Translations under genes and position numbers: made by a program
The notes under the pieces: model-generated
What the model saw: only the letters and a program-made list of their open reading frames with translations
What the model was told of the DNA's origin: nothing
Database searches by the model: none
IMG/VR virus record: IMGVR_UViG_3300009079_000013
Length of the DNA stretch: 64,000 nt
Direction: 5' to 3' (one strand)
Source of the DNA: a virus
Shown: positions 58,447 through 64,000 of the stretch, one piece after another
Position numbering within the stretch: the stretch's first letter is position 1
Layout of the letters: every line of letters starts with the position of its first letter

Positions 58447-60408
58447 ATGGCAGAAATAAATAAAGTAGCTAATTTAATTAGCATAATTAAACAAACCGAT
58501 CAGCAGTTTTTAGACCCAAAAGGTATAATGTTGAAGGATATTTTAGATGCATCAGGTGCAAGTGCACAGGATCTTTTTGATATCTTAAACGGAGATAAAT
58601 CTGTAGAAGGTTCGGTATCTAAAGCAGTATCGGATGCAGTGATATCAATAGTAGACGGTGCTCCTGGACAATTAGATACTCTTAAAGAGATATCTGACGC
58701 ACTTGCAGGAGATGAAGCTAGTACAGCAACACTTCTTCAAGCTATTGCAGATAACGCAACAGCATCTAACAGTAGACATGATAGCTATGTAGCTTCACAC
58801 AACGAAGATACTGAAGCAAAAGAAGCATCAGTAGAAGCAGCTAGAATAGCAGAAAAAGCAGCAGTAGAAGCAGCTAGAGTAGCAGAAAAAGCAGCAGTAG
58901 AAGCAACTAGAGTAGCAACGGCAGCGTCAATTCTTGAAGAAGAAACTCAGTACAGAGCTAATCTTGATCAACAAACAGATGCATTAGCTGACGCAATTCT
59001 TGAAGAAGAAACTCAGTACAGAGCTGACTTAGTAACTGATACTGAAGCAAAAGCAGCAGCAGTAGAAGCAGCTAGAATAGCTGAAAAAGCAGCAGTAGAA
59101 GCAGCTAGAGTAGCAACATCAGCGTCAATTCTTGAAGAAGAAACTCAGTATAGAGCTAATCTTGAAGCGGATAGAGATGAAAAAGAAGCAAATGTTGAAG
59201 CAGCTAGAGTAGCAGCAGCAGCAGCGATTCTTAAAGAAGAAGGTGAGTATAGAGCAATTATTACTTCAGAACAAGCTTTACAAGATAGCAATCATTCTGC
59301 TTTAAAGACAAGTCACGAATCATTGGATACTTTTGTAAGAACCAATTTAGATCTAGATTTAGATGGAGATGGTGCTTATGATAAATTATCTGAGTTCTTA
59401 ACATTTGTTAATAACGCCCAGCAAGCTGATGCAGATTCAATTGCTAAAGCTGTTAAAGACGCAAGTGACGCAAACGTATCACTTAAATCTGAAGTAGATA
59501 GTGATATCAGTGATCTTGATGCTAAAGTTGATGAACACCAAATTATTCAAAATGATGAATTCACTAGAGTTGATGGTAAAATAGACACTGGCTTAACAGC
59601 AGCAGATGATAAACTAGAATCAGCTAAAACAGAACTCTCGGCAGTTATTAAAACAACACAAGATGATTTGTCTGAATTTGTTGGAGAAACCGAAGATCAA
59701 TTTAAGACGGTTAAATCAGAAACTGCTTTATACAGAGATAAGAATGATCTTGAATGGTCTAACTTAAACGATGTACGTGAAGAAGAAGCTACTGAGTACC
59801 AAGATTATAAAGACAAAGACAGCGAATGGAAGAAGATGATGCAAAGCACTTTCGAGGACGAACAAGCTGTGACTTCAAAAGAAAGATCAATGATGATGGA
59901 ATCTATTGATCAATTGGTTGATGATAAAAATGAGGATAGTGTCAACAGTATTGCTGAGATATTTAATCATATTACAGAAGTGGCTGATTTCAACGTCATG
60001 AACATTCGTACTAAAACTGATATTGATTTTACGGCAGACCAAGAACAAGATGGAATGATTATTCCAGCCGAATCAATTCATCAATACACTTTAAGTGTTA
60101 AAATGAATGGCGTAGAAGTATACGAAGGAGAAGACTACACAACTACATACTTAAATGAAAGAGTAGTAGGTATATCAATGGAAAGGTCATTAAATGGCAT
60201 TTACAAAGATGGTGGTAGATTATCTATTTCAGGAAGAGTAGGAGAATTAAAACAATATGAATTTAATTTAACTAGCCCTTTTGCTGGACAAGGTAAATTC
60301 GTAAGACCTATAGAAGGTGAAAATGATTATGCTTCTGCAATCGGAGACTTCCGTAGTAAGGAGGTTGCAACATTGGATCCACTAGTAGATCCAAATTCAG
60401 AAGGTTAA
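58447..60408 (+). CDS. Long coiled-coil fibre/whisker protein with internal repeats
   Basis: VDGAPGQLDTLKEISDAL fibre motif, Ala/Glu repeats; start moved from TTG 58390 to ATG 58447; followed by a terminator. Confidence 0.65.
   Translation: MAEINKVANLISIIKQTDQQFLDPKGIMLKDILDASGASAQDLFDILNGDKSVEGSVSKAVSDAVISIVDGAPGQLDTLKEISDALAGDEASTATLLQAIADNATASNSRHDSYVASHNEDTEAKEASVEAARIAEKAAVEAARVAEKAAVEATRVATAASILEEETQYRANLDQQTDALADAILEEETQYRADLVTDTEAKAAAVEAARIAEKAAVEAARVATSASILEEETQYRANLEADRDEKEANVEAARVAAAAAILKEEGEYRAIITSEQALQDSNHSALKTSHESLDTFVRTNLDLDLDGDGAYDKLSEFLTFVNNAQQADADSIAKAVKDASDANVSLKSEVDSDISDLDAKVDEHQIIQNDEFTRVDGKIDTGLTAADDKLESAKTELSAVIKTTQDDLSEFVGETEDQFKTVKSETALYRDKNDLEWSNLNDVREEEATEYQDYKDKDSEWKKMMQSTFEDEQAVTSKERSMMMESIDQLVDDKNEDSVNSIAEIFNHITEVADFNVMNIRTKTDIDFTADQEQDGMIIPAESIHQYTLSVKMNGVEVYEGEDYTTTYLNERVVGISMERSLNGIYKDGGRLSISGRVGELKQYEFNLTSPFAGQGKFVRPIEGENDYASAIGDFRSKEVATLDPLVDPNSEG
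58808..59255 (+). repeat. Intragenic imperfect repeats (AVEAARIAEKA and ILEEETQYRA modules)
   Basis: Near-identical DNA repeats such as GCAGTAGAAGCAGCTAGA and ATTCTTGAAGAAGAAACTCAGTA. Confidence 0.85.
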
Positions 60409-60438
60409 TAAGATACTTTAAATAGTATTATTTTCTAT

Positions 60439-60469
60439 AGAGGCGTGTAGCAATACACGCCTCTTTTTT
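60439..60469 (+). terminator. Rho-independent terminator
   Basis: AGAGGCGTGTA-GCAA-TACACGCCTCT perfect 11-bp stem, GNRA loop, T run. Confidence 0.92.
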
Positions 60470-60501
60470 ATACATAACAATTTTTAGATTTGCTAAACAT
60501 T

Positions 60502-61089
60502 TTACCTATTACGTTTTAGGTTTTTTAATTTATTAGTAATAATAAACATATTAACGATGTCTTGTTTTTCTTTACTGGTCTCTGACTCATTAAATTTAAA
60601 TATGTAAGTACCTGTTACATTGCTTATTTGTTTTTCAAGATCTGCAATATTTATGTCTACTATTTTCATATTGGCTTTTGATATTTCATATTCTATTTTA
60701 AGTTCATCACATATTACAAATAATTCTAAAGCATTTAAAGTTTCATAAGCCAAGCTGGCTCTTTTAAATATATCTTCATACTTGTTGGTTTTATCCTTAT
60801 CTGGATGCATTAGTTTGCATATATTCCAGTATATTTTCTTGAGACTTTTGTTTTCAGGATCACTGTGATTATTTTCTAAAATGCTTTCTTTATCTTCAAC
60901 GTTTGGATTCTCATTAGAATCAGGTTTATCTGTTCCTAATAATTCCTGTACGTCATCTACGTTTTTAGCTACTTCATCTAAAAATTCCTGCCTGGATTCT
61001 TCTACTATTACCTTTCTCCATTCTAAATCTGATTTTAAAAATCTAAATTTCTGAATTAAACTTTTATTTTTTCCGCTTAATGATTTCAT
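60502..61089 (-). CDS. J-domain (DnaJ-like) co-chaperone
   Basis: LKKIYWNICKLMHPDK...FKRASLAYE. Confidence 0.8.
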   Translation of the reverse strand: MKSLSGKNKSLIQKFRFLKSDLEWRKVIVEESRQEFLDEVAKNVDDVQELLGTDKPDSNENPNVEDKESILENNHSDPENKSLKKIYWNICKLMHPDKDKTNKYEDIFKRASLAYETLNALELFVICDELKIEYEISKANMKIVDINIADLEKQISNVTGTYIFKFNESETSKEKQDIVNMFIITNKLKNLKRNR

Positions 61090-61090
61090 T

Positions 61091-61360
61091 CTATAAGTTT
61101 ATTACGTTTAAAGCCTCTTCTATTTTTTTTAAAACCATATTTCTTTCTTCTGAAGTATTCCATGCAAAAACAGTTGGCATTATAGAATTTGCATCAAATA
61201 AAACTATTTCATATGACACTGGCGTATCATCTGCTTTTTCTTTAAGAGACTCGTCGTATTCTGTTTCACTAGGTTTATCAGATCTTATTTCTAACCTATA
61301 TACGTGTTGAATATTTATTAAATCGTAACCTTCATTGTGTCTAATTTTTAGCCATCTCAT
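61091..61360 (-). CDS. Hypothetical protein
   Basis: 89-aa ORF. Confidence 0.55.
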   Translation of the reverse strand: MRWLKIRHNEGYDLINIQHVYRLEIRSDKPSETEYDESLKEKADDTPVSYEIVLFDANSIMPTVFAWNTSEERNMVLKKIEEALNVINL

Positions 61361-61530
61361 ATCTAATGTTTACTAATTTTTAAAATCTAAATAACATACC
61401 TTTACTTTGCAGTATTTAGATACCCCAGTTTCACCATTAATGTGATCTAAGGGCTTTTTTATTTTTACAGATAAGATACAGTATTACGCATAACAATTAC
61501 ATTAGATTTAATTAAATCTCGTGAATTATA

Positions 61531-62103
61531 TTATTTTTTTATTACGTATCTTATTCTGGTTGTTCCATAAGTAGTAACCCAATCGGGTCCATTTAAACTA
61601 ACTTGCCCATCAATCTCGTTACTTATAGATTTTCTATAAATAAATACACATCCAGTTTGCAATTTATCATATATACCAAGGGTAATTTCATTTGGCATTA
61701 CGGTGTTATCGCAATAAACCACAGTAGCTTCTCTTATGTCTAGCTTTAAAAAATCGCCTTTTAGAAAAACTATATTATTTAATTCTTTACAGAATCTAGC
61801 TTTGGTATCAAGCGCACCCTGTAGCCGCTTTTCAGAAAGCTCTATCCCTACTGATTTAGCACCAGTCTTTAAACCTATATGACAAACCATTTTACCTACT
61901 CCGCAACCTAGGTCGTAAAACACAGCTTTTTCATTAAACTTGTCTGGAAATAATTCTAAAATAGAATCAGTGGCCTCTTGTGTTATTTCTCCATAAGTGG
62001 CGTGAGAACCTGTTTCTTTGAATTTTTTCTTGTCATTCTCAGATAGTAAATATTGAGATTTATATGCACTTTGCTTGTATATAGCATCTAGTATTGCTTT
62101 CAT
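61531..62103 (-). CDS. DOT1-like class I SAM methyltransferase
   Basis: TYGEI, FYDLGCGVGK, GIELSEKR, GDFL, VVYCDN. Confidence 0.8.
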   Translation of the reverse strand: MKAILDAIYKQSAYKSQYLLSENDKKKFKETGSHATYGEITQEATDSILELFPDKFNEKAVFYDLGCGVGKMVCHIGLKTGAKSVGIELSEKRLQGALDTKARFCKELNNIVFLKGDFLKLDIREATVVYCDNTVMPNEITLGIYDKLQTGCVFIYRKSISNEIDGQVSLNGPDWVTTYGTTRIRYVIKK

Positions 62104-62160
62104 TATTTATTTATTTGTTTTACTACGGAGTAAACCTGTTGTTGATAGCGGGCTAAACTT

Positions 62161-62469
62161 TTATTGCCCATTCAATTCCTTTGCGAGGAGCGTATATTGG
62201 CCTTGTCCTGCCTCGTTAACGGTGACTTCCAGGGTTGCGCCTTGAAAAACTAGAGTCAGAGGTTTTCCATAACCACATTGATATTTCCAGCTTGTTTTAA
62301 AAGGTGTTGCTTTGTATTCTATCATCTCTGCATGTTGATTAAAACCTGGTGCCTGTCTCATCACGGTTAGGCTGGTTAAAGCATCAGCCTTTTGCCATCC
62401 ACATGCGCTGATTGCAGTTATTAATAATATTCCAGAAATAGCGATTAACGTTTTGATTTTTCCACTCAT
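62161..62469 (-). CDS. Hypothetical exported protein or lipoprotein
   Basis: Basic N-terminus, hydrophobic stretch, ISAC lipobox-like sequence. Confidence 0.5.
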   Translation of the reverse strand: MSGKIKTLIAISGILLITAISACGWQKADALTSLTVMRQAPGFNQHAEMIEYKATPFKTSWKYQCGYGKPLTLVFQGATLEVTVNEAGQGQYTLLAKELNGQ

Positions 62470-62505
62470 TATAGTCTTGTTTTTAATCTTTATTTATCTA
62501 AACCA

Positions 62506-62724
62506 CTATGGGGCAAGCAACCAGAATTCCACTTGTTGAAAAAATCTATGGGTTTTAGGGTCTAGTGCATCTGATCCATAATGCTGTATTTTAGGATTAG
62601 TTACAGCAATCATTCTCACAACTAGGTCCTGGGATCTACACAGCTCAACGAGCCTAGACATTGGGGTCTCCAGGGACTTTGCCTCCCGTATCTCTTCATC
62701 TCTTTGATTCCACTTTGAACTCAT
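62506..62724 (-). CDS. Hypothetical protein
   Basis: 72 aa. Confidence 0.45.
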   Translation of the reverse strand: MSSKWNQRDEEIREAKSLETPMSRLVELCRSQDLVVRMIAVTNPKIQHYGSDALDPKTHRFFQQVEFWLLAP

Positions 62725-63651
62725 CTAGTAACCCGGATATTTTTTAAGTAGCCCTTTAGCAAATTCCCACATTGCATGCTGCTTGTCACCGTGACCCTGC
62801 GTTGTCCAGAACTGCCGTCTGCCTCGGGCAAAAGTTGCGTCATCAGCCCGCTCCATACTAGCAATAGCGTGTCGGTTTAATATAGCAACTTCATCCCGCT
62901 TGTCTAAACTGTTGCCACCAAGTTTTCCATTGTATATTCCAACCACTCCGCCCTGGGTATACTCCACTGTTTCTTCCCCTGTTATGTCTAGGTCTAGATG
63001 AGGTAGATACCTGTCGCCGGGTCTCAGCTTTACCCTGTAAAGTGATGGCCAAAAACCTCGTTTAACCCCGGCTAGCACGCTATAAAAAGGCCAGTATCTC
63101 TTGTCACCAACCCGGAGTTGATATATGTCACGCCCAGTGAATCCCCACTCCTTAGCAAAACTCTCTACTAGGCTATAGGGTTTACCGTAACGGTTTGCTT
63201 CAACCAGTGCTGCCTCCTCCTCTAGGGAATCTCTCCGCATCCGGTCTACAATGGCTTCACCCTCCCCTAAGAGTCGTTGAGCAGATTCACCTCCACTGAT
63301 CCATGTAAAACTATATTGATAGGCATTAGAGATATCGTTTGTAATATAGAATCCATATCTAGCACCAATTCCAGAATTACCAATCGCCTCCTCACCGCTA
63401 AATAGTTTAACGTTACCCCGGGTTAAATCTGGCATATGACTACCATGGTAATAGTATCCATCCCGGCTGGCCTGCATTATCTCCGCCCCAGTGAGAGTAC
63501 CTCCACGGCTACCTCTCTCTGGTTCCTCCTCTGTTGCGCTCTGTATTAACCTTTGTCTAAGACTCTGTTTAGGTTTAGGAACAAGTAGCGTATCTACTTT
63601 CATTGTAGGCCATGATTCGTTTAGTTTAAGATATGTCTTTAGGTATTTCAT
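62725..63651 (-). CDS. Putative ADP-ribosyltransferase-fold protein (H-Y-E type) with CTS-like leader
   Basis: YYHGS...GFYIT...AYQY...LYRVKL...DEVAIL; leader MKYLKTYLKLNES. Confidence 0.5.
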   Translation of the reverse strand: MKYLKTYLKLNESWPTMKVDTLLVPKPKQSLRQRLIQSATEEEPERGSRGGTLTGAEIMQASRDGYYYHGSHMPDLTRGNVKLFSGEEAIGNSGIGARYGFYITNDISNAYQYSFTWISGGESAQRLLGEGEAIVDRMRRDSLEEEAALVEANRYGKPYSLVESFAKEWGFTGRDIYQLRVGDKRYWPFYSVLAGVKRGFWPSLYRVKLRPGDRYLPHLDLDITGEETVEYTQGGVVGIYNGKLGGNSLDKRDEVAILNRHAIASMERADDATFARGRRQFWTTQGHGDKQHAMWEFAKGLLKKYPGY

Positions 63652-63659
63652 TACTGGAT

Positions 63660-63669
63660 TATTTATCTA
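63660..63669 (-). promoter_or_regulatory. T4-like late promoter candidate TAGATAAATA
   Basis: Same motif on the minus strand at ~45571 and ~62491; ATAAATA precedes many structural or CTS-leader genes. Confidence 0.55.
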
Positions 63670-64000
63670 AACTGCTACGGAGTAAAACAAGAGTCCGGGG
63701 CCGTGAAGACCCTGCCCTCGCCCGTTTATTATAATAATAATACTTCTATACCTAGAGAGAAATAAAAAAAAGATCAGGATAAACCTGCTTTAATAACCTC
63801 TATAAGAAAACTTCCACTACGGAGTAATCACTAGAACCAGAAACGGGTAGATCTAGACAGGAACCCGACCCAACCCTATGAGGTAACCTCTACCCGCTGG
63901 CCACTACGGAGTAAAACCCTACCCTATACCTGCCCAATCGCGACCCCCTTGGTGTTACCCAAAATGAGGTTTCTGTGTAAGGTCAAGCCTTGGGGACTCC

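Larger units (their letters stand above)
62123..63914. repeat. Dispersed repeat CTACGGAGTAA (4 exact copies)
   Basis: Copies at 62123, 63675, 63817 and 63904, all intergenic; degenerate CTATGGGGCAA near 62506. Confidence 0.85.

Noticed and set aside
530-61310. Short antisense ORFs in the track (e.g. 4311-4781, 25684-26175, 29825-30139, 34038-34472, 44126-44410, 54316-54603)
   Set aside because: They lie opposite well-supported genes and have Ser/Leu/Phe/Ile-rich shadow composition.
1-64000. Stop-codon reassignment (alternative genetic code)
   Set aside because: Core genes are intact under the standard code, coding density is high, and TAG and TGA terminate genes normally.
1-64000. Bacterial chromosome, prophage or eukaryotic giant virus origin
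   Set aside because: T4-like portal, baseplate, gp4, UvsW and primase plus a sigma factor and peptidoglycan hydrolases indicate a tailed phage; no integrase or host housekeeping genes were seen.
63652-64000. tRNA or structured ncRNA in the terminal non-coding stretch
   Set aside because: No cloverleaf or GTTCRA T-loop recognised; an ncRNA cannot be excluded without a covariance search.

Overview
AT-rich, gene-dense 64-kb segment of a large T4-like (myovirus/jumbo-type) phage genome in the standard genetic code. The host is probably a Bacteroidetes/Flavobacteria member; this is inferred from the Bacteroidetes-style sigma70, A-rich starts without Shine-Dalgarno sites and a GH16 gene. Layout: (1) 1-9.3 kb, glycan/nonulosonate modification island (FkbM MTase, glycosyltransferases, hexapeptide acetyltransferases, WbpB, NeuB, GH16, HAD phosphatase), interrupted by an inverted DOT1-like MTase / tandem-SET / ATP-grasp trio; (2) 9.3-15.3 kb, baseplate module; (3) 15-36.5 kb, T4-like core (amidase, UvsY, UvsW, PhoH, C-terminal half of a split family-B DNA polymerase, primase, gp4, gp2, portal, gp25, neck); (4) Nei glycosylase and ATP-dependent ligase, followed directly by the most striking feature, a 3.3-kb array (38.9-42.3 kb) of 15 unrelated short ORFs joined by a ~24-nt direct repeat, TAAACCAAAACAAAG(AAG)ATGAGTAAA, which supplies the start codon and a stop codon in all three frames; (5) 42-64 kb, putative head-internal proteins with a T4-like capsid-targeting leader, sigma factor, exonuclease, ThyA, SleB-like hydrolase, fibre proteins, J-domain protein, a second DOT1-like MTase, and a GC-richer end with an ART-fold gene and CTACGGAGTAA repeats. 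No tRNA, rRNA, CRISPR array, integrase or transposase was recognised. All family calls come from motifs recognised by eye; no searches were run.
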